A stretch of DNA of 64,000 nt from Fibrobacterales bacterium (GTDB lineage Bacteria; Fibrobacterota; Fibrobacteria; Fibrobacterales; JAOPTW01): contig JAOPTX010000034.1 of NCBI GenBank assembly GCA_051532055.1, positions 39,747 to 103,746 of the forward strand, in the 5' to 3' direction. The notes beneath the pieces were generated by a model, which searched no databases, was not told the origin of the DNA, and worked only from the letters and a program-made list of their open reading frames with translations. Position 1 is the first letter of the stretch; every line of letters begins with the position of its first letter. A program made the translations under genes and the position numbers. Of this stretch, positions 20,733 through 30,182 are shown in pieces.

Positions 20733-23036
20733 TTACTGAACAAATCCCCAGGTGACAAAAAAGAGCAGTGAGCAAAAAGCAAAGAGAACAGGCACCCCTA
20801 AGAGTACTTTTTTAACACTGGTCTGTGTCTGTAGCTGAACCATCCTTCCATACAATAATACTGCACCAATAAGTACAGGATAGATATAACGAAAGTCGGT
20901 ATTGCATGATACTGGTGCTTTAATACGATATGCAAGAAGTGCACCCAGAGATGACAATACGAGAAGAAGCGCGGGTGCCTCTTTATAAATACGTGCAATG
21001 CTCAGTTTTCTAATACCCCAAAAAGGCATAAGGAGCATAATAAGAAGGAGTACCCCTAATACCCCACCCACTACCATATGAAAAGGACTTCTAAATTGGT
21101 ACTCTGAAAACAGCGATGATTTCAAAAAGAAGTTCCAAAAATACTGCCGCCCCCCCCAGTCAAACCATGTTGAAGTATACGGTTGGGATACAAACGTAGG
21201 AATATCAAGATAGATGTAATTTACTATGCCATTATCAACTTTCAATTTTTTATTGATTGAATTTCCAACATTCAGCAATAACCAATCGCTCTTCTCTTCT
21301 TGTGCAAAATAGATATTATCACCAATATTGACACCAGCCGCTATAATTACAACTACCAAACTTAAGAGTGCAGGTTTAATAAACTGTTTGCGATTTTTCC
21401 GAATAAGTTGAATGAGAAGGAGTCCTGCAAAAACACCACCAAGAATCACCCCACTTGATTTTGAAACCATACTCAAAAAGAGACAAACAAGCGCCCAATT
21501 GAAATAGATCTTTTTGTGAGACCTCCACCATCGTACAATCAAATAAAAACCTAATACGGTAAAAAGGTACATTGGCATGTCATTACCAATTCTAATGGAA
21601 TGAATAATTCCCGAAGGCCATAAAAGTATAACACACAGGAGTACTTTCCGAAGAAGTGGTGATTTTATAAGTTCTCTTACAGTAAGATACGATACCAATT
21701 GAAAAAGAACAAACATGAGAAGAGATATAAGTCGCATCGGTACATGCCAATCAACAGTAAAAAGGTGTGTACTGACAAAAGCAACTACTGCCCCAATCAA
21801 ATAATAAAGAGGTGGCTGATGATATTCCCAACCCTTAGCAGGATGTGGAAAAGCAAGGTTATCAATGAGATAAAAAATATAATCCCTGTGTCCCCCCCCT
21901 TCATATACATCAAATATACGAACTATAAGTGGTGTGTATATCAAATACCACACAAGTACCGCTATCCCAATTCCAAAAAGGATCATCTCGCTTTTAGAGA
22001 ATGCAAAATAACTAAGTGCTGCGTATATGAAAAGCCAGATCCCTATACTATATAGAGTAAATGCTGCTATACGTTCTATCACACTGTAATTAGGGTACAC
22101 CGTAACACCACCTTGGCCACCCTTATTTGTAATGACAATTTCAATACTGTTCACTTCAGAAGTAAGGTAAGGACCAAAGTCATATAAAAATCCATTATGC
22201 CAATCGTTAAGTTGCGCTTTATTGAGGTGAGTCAGGTCAACACTCTCTCCATTAACGCGCATCCCTACAAGCTTGTCATCAGGGATAATTTTAAAGAGAT
22301 CACTACTCAGCAAACTGGGACTATAATCAAAGGTTAGAACATACGTTCCTTTAACACTATGCTTTTGTACTGGCCACTGTTCTTCGACTTGTTTTCCATT
22401 GTAATTACTAAAAATATTGGTGATTTGGTTTCCTGATAATAGGCAGGTTATACCCAATAATATCAATCCGGCAGCCATAGTAAACGATTTTTTTCGTCCA
22501 ATAGATCGCCATACTGGAGCCAATATTACTGCACCTGCAAAGAAGAAGCAAAGTACCGCCATAAAAACAAGCAATGCTGATGTTCGATATTGATGTGTAG
22601 GAGGATTGTACCTAATATCCAAACCTCCTCTCCCCCCACTATTTACAACAACTATCTCAACAGCATTTGAACCGATTTCTAAATGATCAATGAGTGAAAT
22701 TCGAGCGCCATTTTTATAGTCTCGCAACTTCGATTTTTGAATAGTATCAAGCCTTACATCTGCCCCATTCACTTTCATTGAATACAAAAAATCATCGGGT
22801 ATTACTGTCAGCCAATTAGAACCCTCTCGATCTCTTACATAATTAAAAGAATAAGCCATTGTATCTGCGAGTGTATCATGAGTATAATGCGGAAGCTCCA
22901 CAACACTCGTAATGTCACCGTAAGTTACGGTCTGTGAATTAATTACTGGCTCTCTTAGAACAATACTGCTTATAAATAAAATGAGCGCTGAAATTAGTGC
23001 CAACGCCACAACAGCTATGCGTTGATTATTAGTCAT
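20733..23036 (-). CDS. GT-C (PMT-like) membrane glycosyltransferase with two duplicated extracytoplasmic beta-sandwich domains
   Basis: DVYEGGGHRDY..GWEYHQPPLYY, RIGND, DFRY motifs and many TM helices; internal repeat IPDD..VNG..N..EIV..N.GG.GG. Confidence 0.75.
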   Translation of the reverse strand: MTNNQRIAVVALALISALILFISSIVLREPVINSQTVTYGDITSVVELPHYTHDTLADTMAYSFNYVRDREGSNWLTVIPDDFLYSMKVNGADVRLDTIQKSKLRDYKNGARISLIDHLEIGSNAVEIVVVNSGGRGGLDIRYNPPTHQYRTSALLVFMAVLCFFFAGAVILAPVWRSIGRKKSFTMAAGLILLGITCLLSGNQITNIFSNYNGKQVEEQWPVQKHSVKGTYVLTFDYSPSLLSSDLFKIIPDDKLVGMRVNGESVDLTHLNKAQLNDWHNGFLYDFGPYLTSEVNSIEIVITNKGGQGGVTVYPNYSVIERIAAFTLYSIGIWLFIYAALSYFAFSKSEMILFGIGIAVLVWYLIYTPLIVRIFDVYEGGGHRDYIFYLIDNLAFPHPAKGWEYHQPPLYYLIGAVVAFVSTHLFTVDWHVPMRLISLLMFVLFQLVSYLTVRELIKSPLLRKVLLCVILLWPSGIIHSIRIGNDMPMYLFTVLGFYLIVRWWRSHKKIYFNWALVCLFLSMVSKSSGVILGGVFAGLLLIQLIRKNRKQFIKPALLSLVVVIIAAGVNIGDNIYFAQEEKSDWLLLNVGNSINKKLKVDNGIVNYIYLDIPTFVSQPYTSTWFDWGGRQYFWNFFLKSSLFSEYQFRSPFHMVVGGVLGVLLLIMLLMPFWGIRKLSIARIYKEAPALLLVLSSLGALLAYRIKAPVSCNTDFRYIYPVLIGAVLLYGRMVQLQTQTSVKKVLLGVPVLFAFCSLLFFVTWGFVQ

Positions 23037-23044
23037 AGGTATTC

Positions 23045-26000
23045 CTATTTAATTAAAAGTGGGTTCATCCAATTAGCATGATCACAATAGCTAGAACCCT
23101 CGCTATTAGATTTCAGGGCAAGTTTTTTAACCCCAGAAATATCTGTTTTAATAGTAATTGTTTTGCCTTGTTTAACAATGGACGACTTACTGAGCGACTT
23201 ACCATCACCCAGCACTTCGAATGAGATGCCATCAGAACAGCTTACTTCATCATCAATTCCAACAACGGCTTCAAATGTACTATATGAACTCTTTAACTGA
23301 TATCTCAGTTCACTAGGAGCATGAGTTCCGAGGCCTTCAGTATATTTTTTATCGCCAACAGTCAGTGGATGGTTATCAACACTCTTATTTATTTTGAGAG
23401 ATTTATACGTTTGAGTACTGCTACCTTTCAATGTCGTCAAACGCTTCACTCCATCTCCTTTACGAAAAATGGTATGCGTTTGAGTATCTATCAATATTTT
23501 TTGGTAGTATAGCGAAACGGAAATTTCGTTGTAGCCGACCTTTACTAATTCCCCTACAGAAGTTTTGACTTCATCTTTTTTGACTGTTATCTCTTTTTGC
23601 TTGCCGGTAAGAACATTTAAAATCGAGACACTAAATGAAACATCACTTTTTGACTTAACTTTTAAGGTAATGCTATCACTCAAAATATTGCCTTTGGTGC
23701 TGTTAAAAGTACTGCTATATATTGATTGTTCTTCTTTTGATACAGCAGTGTAGAGTACAGGATTGAGCCAATCAGTATGATCACATGAGCCCCCATTACC
23801 CACATGAGTTCTCAACTCAAGTTTTTTCACTGAGGTGACCGGTACAGAAACATGTTTTACCGTATTTTGTTTCATTTTTTTTGATTTAAAGAGCCGTTTC
23901 CCATCGCCTAAAATTTCAAACAGTGCACCATCACCACATTTTGCACCATCATCCATACCATACCATGTATGAAATACTCCATAATCCTTATCAAGAATAA
24001 TAGTATTGGTACTTGTTGCATGGGTTCCCACTCCCATATCATATAAACGGGCATCAATCTTTAAGTCAATCTCGCGTATAGATTTATTGATTTGGTATTT
24101 CTTATACCCTGCTTTACCAGTAATATTTAAATCAGTTATGAGCGTGGTATTCGGTGATTCAACATAAACACTCTTCCACTTTGTGAAAAGATACTCATCA
24201 CCAAAATAAACCTTAAATTCCAAATCATTTATCCCTGGTTTAAAAAATTCTGCGGCTATCGATAAGTTTGAACGGGGACTTAAGTGTAAACTATCAATCT
24301 GCTCCATTGTGCTATATGGGTGTACAGTATGATTCATAACTGTAAACCTGTGTTTTGGCCCATAGTTACCTTCGACTCTGTACTCCAGGTCCTCTCCTTG
24401 TTCTAACTTAAAAGTATCAATCTGTATACGAAAGTTATTTTTACCTAAGTCACTCGTATATATTCTATTCTCTTTTAATAAAACTTCATTATACCTCACT
24501 ACATCCAGATCTTCCCTCATTTGATTTATAAGCTTAATATCTTCAAAGTCGTCAAAGATATTTATTTTCTCTCCAGGGTCGTCTGCAATATTATAAAGTT
24601 CATCCTTATTACTCTTTAGATTGTGAATCAATTTAAAAGGGTAACGTATTGATGCGAGAAATGTTCCATCAAATGGTTGCACGAGTGGTACAAAGGCTCC
24701 GTGCTCTGGACGTTTAAAAACCGATGATCCAACAAAATGATTTGTAGTACGGATATCCAAGAGGTCCAATATCGTCGGTGCAATATCTAATTGAGAATAT
24801 GCAGTCTTATTTAAGACCGCGGGCGCCACCTTATCTTTCCACAATACAATAAGTGGCATTTTAAACATTTCATTATAAGCAGTTTTAGTATTGTGATAAT
24901 TATTCTTATGTTGCCCCATAGGGAAGCCATTATCACCTGTTACAATAACAATGCTATTATCAAATTCAGGGCGTCTCTCCAACTGTTTAAAGAACTCACG
25001 AAGATATTTATCAGTCAGGTGCATTGAGTTAGTATAATTTTCATGATTACTTTTTGCTTTCGGGTAGATATACTTTTGTTCTTTCGGTATAGAACGAAAC
25101 ATCATATGATTAGTAACACTCATGGTCATAACAAATAAAGGTTTATTTTCTTCTTGCTTTAATGAATCCAAAATATCAAAGGTCTTTTTATAGAATAGGT
25201 CATCTTGAATCCCCCAACCAATGGTATACTTTTTCTTTTCCTCTTTTGTAACATACCTTCTGTCCATTCCAGTTGCATGTTCAAAACCATTATTAAGAAC
25301 GAAAGTTCCTGTATTTTCGAACCCTAAATTTGAATAAGCTTTTAAGAAAACATTGGTGTACCCATTATCTTTCATTATGTGAGACAAACAACGATAATTA
25401 TTTTGGTAAAAACTTGTGAACACGTTTGTTCTATAACTCGGATACACAGAGCAAAGGGTGGCAAACTGCCCTTTACTCGTTTCAACTGAGGTACTGTAAA
25501 ATTCAGGTATATAGAGTCCGTGATTTTTTAGTGAATCAACAAATGGAGTAACCGCTTTACCATTTTCAATCCGGTCAGTATAAAACCCGCTAAATGATTC
25601 GAGCATCACAACAAATACATGAGGTTTATTTACAGAATCCTTAATAGTAATTTCAGACTCAGCATCAACAACATCCATATAAGGATATATCCCTTTAGAT
25701 CGCAACTTCTCGAATGAATCAATTTTTTTAGGATTCATATAATGGTAAACAGAGGTTATAAATTCTACATGATCAGCCGTAAAGCCCTTTGATGTTATAA
25801 CTATCAATACATTTACTATACATAACATCGAAAGAATCAGGAGCGGTCTTTTGAAGCGTTTATGATTAGTAAAAATGAAAAATTTTCGTTGTAATAGGAC
25901 TATGACTCCTATTAAGGCAACCAAAATTACCCAACCAACCCACGATATATTTTCGAGTATAAAAAGTATTGACTCTACATAAAAGATATCATGCCCATTC

Positions 26001-26314
26001 TTTATAATAGTAAGGTATGAGAGAGGTTCAAATCGTATAATATGGTATGCCTGTAACCCAATATAGATTATCAACACCAATAGATTTATTATGAGGCGCA
26101 CACTTCTTTTAAAATAAGCAAGCAAGCCACCCAACATCACGAAAAAAAGTATTAGAGCAAAAAATGAATGAGTAATATTGATAACAAAAAGGAACGTGTC
26201 CCAATTATCTATTGTTGATATTCTTGTACATATGATTGTTTGAAGAACCAAAACGAGTAACAAACTACTCTGATACTTTATCAAACTTTTAATAGTACTC
26301 ATTATCAATTTCAT
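23045..26314 (-). CDS. LTA-synthase/MdoB-like (sulfatase-fold) phosphoester transferase with two NPCBM domains
   Basis: 5 N-terminal TM helices; VVMLESF, SVETSKGQF (Thr nucleophile), SVTNH, VTGDNG, SQLDIAPTILD; two G.GTHA..C.DG..CDH.xW modules; AGGA RBS before ATG 26314. Confidence 0.85.
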   Translation of the reverse strand: MKLIMSTIKSLIKYQSSLLLVLVLQTIICTRISTIDNWDTFLFVINITHSFFALILFFVMLGGLLAYFKRSVRLIINLLVLIIYIGLQAYHIIRFEPLSYLTIIKNGHDIFYVESILFILENISWVGWVILVALIGVIVLLQRKFFIFTNHKRFKRPLLILSMLCIVNVLIVITSKGFTADHVEFITSVYHYMNPKKIDSFEKLRSKGIYPYMDVVDAESEITIKDSVNKPHVFVVMLESFSGFYTDRIENGKAVTPFVDSLKNHGLYIPEFYSTSVETSKGQFATLCSVYPSYRTNVFTSFYQNNYRCLSHIMKDNGYTNVFLKAYSNLGFENTGTFVLNNGFEHATGMDRRYVTKEEKKKYTIGWGIQDDLFYKKTFDILDSLKQEENKPLFVMTMSVTNHMMFRSIPKEQKYIYPKAKSNHENYTNSMHLTDKYLREFFKQLERRPEFDNSIVIVTGDNGFPMGQHKNNYHNTKTAYNEMFKMPLIVLWKDKVAPAVLNKTAYSQLDIAPTILDLLDIRTTNHFVGSSVFKRPEHGAFVPLVQPFDGTFLASIRYPFKLIHNLKSNKDELYNIADDPGEKINIFDDFEDIKLINQMREDLDVVRYNEVLLKENRIYTSDLGKNNFRIQIDTFKLEQGEDLEYRVEGNYGPKHRFTVMNHTVHPYSTMEQIDSLHLSPRSNLSIAAEFFKPGINDLEFKVYFGDEYLFTKWKSVYVESPNTTLITDLNITGKAGYKKYQINKSIREIDLKIDARLYDMGVGTHATSTNTIILDKDYGVFHTWYGMDDGAKCGDGALFEILGDGKRLFKSKKMKQNTVKHVSVPVTSVKKLELRTHVGNGGSCDHTDWLNPVLYTAVSKEEQSIYSSTFNSTKGNILSDSITLKVKSKSDVSFSVSILNVLTGKQKEITVKKDEVKTSVGELVKVGYNEISVSLYYQKILIDTQTHTIFRKGDGVKRLTTLKGSSTQTYKSLKINKSVDNHPLTVGDKKYTEGLGTHAPSELRYQLKSSYSTFEAVVGIDDEVSCSDGISFEVLGDGKSLSKSSIVKQGKTITIKTDISGVKKLALKSNSEGSSYCDHANWMNPLLIK

Positions 26315-26347
26315 ATAATTCCTAGCACTCAATATAAGTGCAAATAT

Positions 26348-26381
26348 AAAAAAAGCTTACCTATACAGGATAGGTAAGCTT
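26348..26381 (-). terminator. Intrinsic terminator after prs
   Basis: AAGCTTACCTAT-acagg-ATAGGTAAGCTT with a U-tract on the minus strand. Confidence 0.8.
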
Positions 26382-26415
26382 GAATTTTACATGACAAAGA
26401 AATTTGCCTTTTAAT

Positions 26416-27576
26416 TTATACGCTTGGGGGGGGCCAGCGTGGATTTTTACTCGACATGTCGATAGAGTAAAAATCTTTATCAAATCGATTCTCTTCCATT
26501 TCAAGCATTTGCAATATATGGCGACAAATCCATTTGCCTATTTTAAGTACAACAAGTTTTTTTCTGAGACGACCCTGACTATCACGATTCATAACTGTGT
26601 GTATCGTATTAGTGGTCATAATCTCATCAATTGCTTTATTATTAAGGTTTTCACGTGCTTCTTGTGATGGATAAAAGTGAGTTACTCCAAATGCAACTTT
26701 ATTTGGATTCCCCTTTTTAATAGCCGCACAGGATTCGACAATAGTATTACCAGTCCGAACCATGTCATCCATTACAATTACATCTTTTCCAGCAAGATCT
26801 GCTATTGTAACTTCTGATTCAGGGTGAACTTCTATTGATACTTTTCGTTCTCCTGAACGTTCTTTATTAAGCAATAATATTTTAGTATCAGGAAGTCCCA
26901 AATATTCGTGTACCATTTTAACAAAAGGAACAGCACCTTTATCTGGCGCACATAATATAAGGTTTTCACCATTCATTCCAGTATGTAATAAATCTGATTT
27001 CTTAAGATAATCAGCATACAGTTCAGCAGGAATTAAGTTATGAAAATTACCTTCAAACACTTCATTAAAAAGAGTTTGCACCTTAACCGAATGATTGTGT
27101 ACGGTAATTACAGAATCAACACCTGACTGTTTAAGCAGCTGAGCATAGAGGAGTGATGTAAATGCTTGTCCATCGAATTTTTTCAAATCCTTCATGGTAC
27201 GATCTTTTTCAAGGTCACCGTATACGTATGGACCACGGTCTTGAGCCGAGAAAAAGAGATCTGGCTCAACCAAAATAACATGCTTAGCACCATTCTCTTT
27301 AGCCGATCGAGCCAAAATAAAGTTGCGCATAGCAAGACTATTACGGCCGTGAGTATTTGAAGACGTTGAGCAAATGATTACTGTACGATCGACAAGTTGA
27401 GTCCCAATGTTTTCTAAATCAGATTCATCACTGATAAAACGGGGACAAAACTCGGAGTTCGCATAGCATCTCAGTGCCACTAGGTCAGAAATGTCAATTG
27501 GTATACCGAGTAACTGAGCAACATCAATCGCAAATGGATTGTCCGATGTGTTACCTGTTACAACTAATTTATCCAT
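26416..27576 (-). CDS. prs: Ribose-phosphate pyrophosphokinase family protein (divergent)
   Basis: YANSEF, AQDR, CAPDKGA, KER, VIVMDDMVRTGNT, GVTH and TNTI match the PRPP synthetase layout. Confidence 0.75.
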   Translation of the reverse strand: MDKLVVTGNTSDNPFAIDVAQLLGIPIDISDLVALRCYANSEFCPRFISDESDLENIGTQLVDRTVIICSTSSNTHGRNSLAMRNFILARSAKENGAKHVILVEPDLFFSAQDRGPYVYGDLEKDRTMKDLKKFDGQAFTSLLYAQLLKQSGVDSVITVHNHSVKVQTLFNEVFEGNFHNLIPAELYADYLKKSDLLHTGMNGENLILCAPDKGAVPFVKMVHEYLGLPDTKILLLNKERSGERKVSIEVHPESEVTIADLAGKDVIVMDDMVRTGNTIVESCAAIKKGNPNKVAFGVTHFYPSQEARENLNNKAIDEIMTTNTIHTVMNRDSQGRLRKKLVVLKIGKWICRHILQMLEMEENRFDKDFYSIDMSSKNPRWPPPSV

Positions 27577-27594
27577 GTATCCTCATAGGTTATT

Positions 27595-27614
27595 AAAAAA
27601 GCTCCCGTAGGAGC
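27595..27614 (-). terminator. Terminator after glgP
   Basis: GCTCC-cgta-GGAGC with A6 tract (U6 on the minus strand). Confidence 0.55.
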
Positions 27615-27620
27615 CCTTTT

Positions 27621-30122
27621 TTACATTTTTATTATGGGTGCTTTCCAAATTTCATCATTGTACTGCTTAATAGTACGATCTGACGAAAATTTACCAATAC
27701 GAGCAACATTCATGATAGACATAGTCGTCCACTCTTTTGGTTTTGTGTAGAGTTCAGAGACCTTCTCTTGACACTCAACAAATGAATCAAAGTCTGCAAA
27801 AAGCAAATATTGATCATGATTCATAAGATTACTGAGTATTGGTTCAAACAATCCAGATTCTTCGGGAGAGAAAAACCCAGATTGGATAAGATCAATAACT
27901 CGTTTGAGATTTGGGCTCTTATCGTAGTAATCACGGGGATTATAGCCACTTTTTTCAAGCTCTTGAACTTCTTCAATCTTTTTTCCAAAAATAAAGATGT
28001 TCTCGTCACCAACCTCTTCGGCAATCTCAACATTAGCACCATCAAGTGTACCAATGGTCAGAGCTCCATTAAGTGCAAATTTCATATTACCTGTCCCCGA
28101 TGCTTCGGTTCCTGCTGTAGAAATCTGCTCAGAAAGCTCTGATGCAGGGAATATTTTCTCTGCAAGTGAGACTCTATAGTTTTCGATAAAGACCACTTTG
28201 AGCATATCGCCTACATCTTTATCGTTATTAACTACTTCACCAACCGCAGTAACCAGCTTAATAATGAGCTTGGCCATATAATAGCCTGGTGCAGCTTTGC
28301 CACCAACAATTATAGTACGAGGCACAATTTTCTTGTTCTCATATTTAATCTCACAATAAAGATGTATTGCATGAAGAACATTTAATAGCTGACGTTTGTA
28401 TTCATGAATTCTTTTAACTTGAATATCAAAAATTGACTCAGGATTAATTGAAATATTCTGCTGCTCTTCGAGAATATCAGCGAGAATTTTTTTATTCTCT
28501 TTTTTAATCTCATTCCACACTTTCTGAAATGGCGCTTTAGACGCGTGCTTCTCAAGTTTCTTAAGATCATCGAGGTCTGTGATCCATGCATCACCTATTG
28601 TATCAGTAATTAACGAAGACAGTTTTGGATTTGACTTCAGCAACCAGCGTCTTTGTGTGATACCATTGGTCTTATTATTAAACTTTTCAGGATAAAAATC
28701 AAAAAAGTCTTTTACCAAAAAGTTTTTAAGGAGCTCGGTATGGAGAGCTGCAACACCATTTACTGAATGAGAACCAATGATTGAGAGGAACGCCATGCGA
28801 ATCATCTTAGTATCACCCTCTTCAACAATGGACATACGTGCTAGTCGGTCAGTATCTCCTGGCCATTTAAACGAAACATCTCTAAGGAAGTGATAGTTGA
28901 TTTCATAAATAATTTGAAGGTGACGAGGAAGAATTTTTTCGAATAGGAACACAGGCCATTTTTCGAGAGCTTCCGGCATCAATGTATGATTAGTATATGC
29001 AAAAGTAGCCTGGCATACTTTCCACGCTTCATCCCAATTCAGTCCTTCTTCATCAAGAAGAATTCTCATAAGCTCAGGGATTGAGACCGCTGGGTGAGTA
29101 TCATTGAGCTGTATAGCCACTTTTTCGTGAAACTTCGAGAAGTCATCACCATTGTTTACTTTAAAATTCTTTACAATATCTTGTAGACCTGCTGAACAGA
29201 GGAAGAACTGCTGCTTAAGGCGAAGTTCTTTACCATTCATTGAAGAGTCATTAGGATAGAGAACTTTTGAAATAGTCTCTGAAAGTTCTTGACTCTCAAT
29301 AGCTTTTATATAATCACCACTATTGAAGTAGTCCAGTCCAAAATCATCATTTGACTTTGCTGACCATAGTCTAAGATTATTCACAACACCATTTCTAAAC
29401 CCAGGTACAGGTGTATCATACGGAACTGCTAGAACGTAGTCTTTGGTCTCCCAGCGTTTACGCTCTACTCCATTTTGATCGATGTACGTATTTACTTCAC
29501 CATAAAATGGGACTTTAATTTCTTTTTCTGGACGTGCAAGCTCCCAAGGGTTTGCACGTTTAAGCCAGTGATCGGGTTTTTCTACCTGATGTCCATTTTC
29601 TATTCGTTGATGGAACATTCCATATTCATATCGAATACCCATTCCACATGCTGGAATTCCTAAAGTCGCCATTGAGTCAATAAAGCACGCAGCAAGTCTC
29701 CCAAGACCACCATTACCGAGGCCAGCATCAACTTCAGCTTCACGAAGTTCTTCCATTGAGAGTGACATTTCATCTAAAGCATCTTTGACTTCATTCTCAA
29801 TATCAATATTGATTATGCTGTTTCCAAAAGAACGTCCAATGAGGAATTCCAGTGAGAAGTAGTATACCATTTTTGATTTTTGTTCTTGATAGGCTACTTT
29901 TGTTTGCATCCATTTATCAATAAGTCGGTCTCTAACAGAATACGCTATTGATAAGTACTTCTCATAATCAGTCGATGGTGAATTATATCCAACACCAAGT
30001 GTATGGTGAAGATGTTGATTAAAAGACTTTTCAAAGGCTTCTTTAGTACAAGCAAGTGGCTCATATCCATCAATGCTTTCAGACACTTTTTTAGGTGCTT
30101 TTTTAGCTATTTTAGCTGCCAT
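27621..30122 (-). CDS. glgP: Glycogen/alpha-glucan phosphorylase (GT35)
   Basis: GLGNGGLGRLAACF, QLNDTHP, KRIHEYKRQ, EASGTGNMK (PLP lysine); GAGGA RBS before ATG 30122. Confidence 0.97.
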   Translation of the reverse strand: MAAKIAKKAPKKVSESIDGYEPLACTKEAFEKSFNQHLHHTLGVGYNSPSTDYEKYLSIAYSVRDRLIDKWMQTKVAYQEQKSKMVYYFSLEFLIGRSFGNSIINIDIENEVKDALDEMSLSMEELREAEVDAGLGNGGLGRLAACFIDSMATLGIPACGMGIRYEYGMFHQRIENGHQVEKPDHWLKRANPWELARPEKEIKVPFYGEVNTYIDQNGVERKRWETKDYVLAVPYDTPVPGFRNGVVNNLRLWSAKSNDDFGLDYFNSGDYIKAIESQELSETISKVLYPNDSSMNGKELRLKQQFFLCSAGLQDIVKNFKVNNGDDFSKFHEKVAIQLNDTHPAVSIPELMRILLDEEGLNWDEAWKVCQATFAYTNHTLMPEALEKWPVFLFEKILPRHLQIIYEINYHFLRDVSFKWPGDTDRLARMSIVEEGDTKMIRMAFLSIIGSHSVNGVAALHTELLKNFLVKDFFDFYPEKFNNKTNGITQRRWLLKSNPKLSSLITDTIGDAWITDLDDLKKLEKHASKAPFQKVWNEIKKENKKILADILEEQQNISINPESIFDIQVKRIHEYKRQLLNVLHAIHLYCEIKYENKKIVPRTIIVGGKAAPGYYMAKLIIKLVTAVGEVVNNDKDVGDMLKVVFIENYRVSLAEKIFPASELSEQISTAGTEASGTGNMKFALNGALTIGTLDGANVEIAEEVGDENIFIFGKKIEEVQELEKSGYNPRDYYDKSPNLKRVIDLIQSGFFSPEESGLFEPILSNLMNHDQYLLFADFDSFVECQEKVSELYTKPKEWTTMSIMNVARIGKFSSDRTIKQYNDEIWKAPIIKM

Positions 30123-30182
30123 ATTTTCCTCAGTTTTCCTGTGTAAACCCATTATCGTAATTTATTTCCTGAAAAACCATCT

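Noticed and set aside
23045..26314. True sulfatase
   Set aside because: No (C/S)xPxR formylglycine motif; the Thr nucleophile and 5-TM N-terminus fit LtaS/MdoB.
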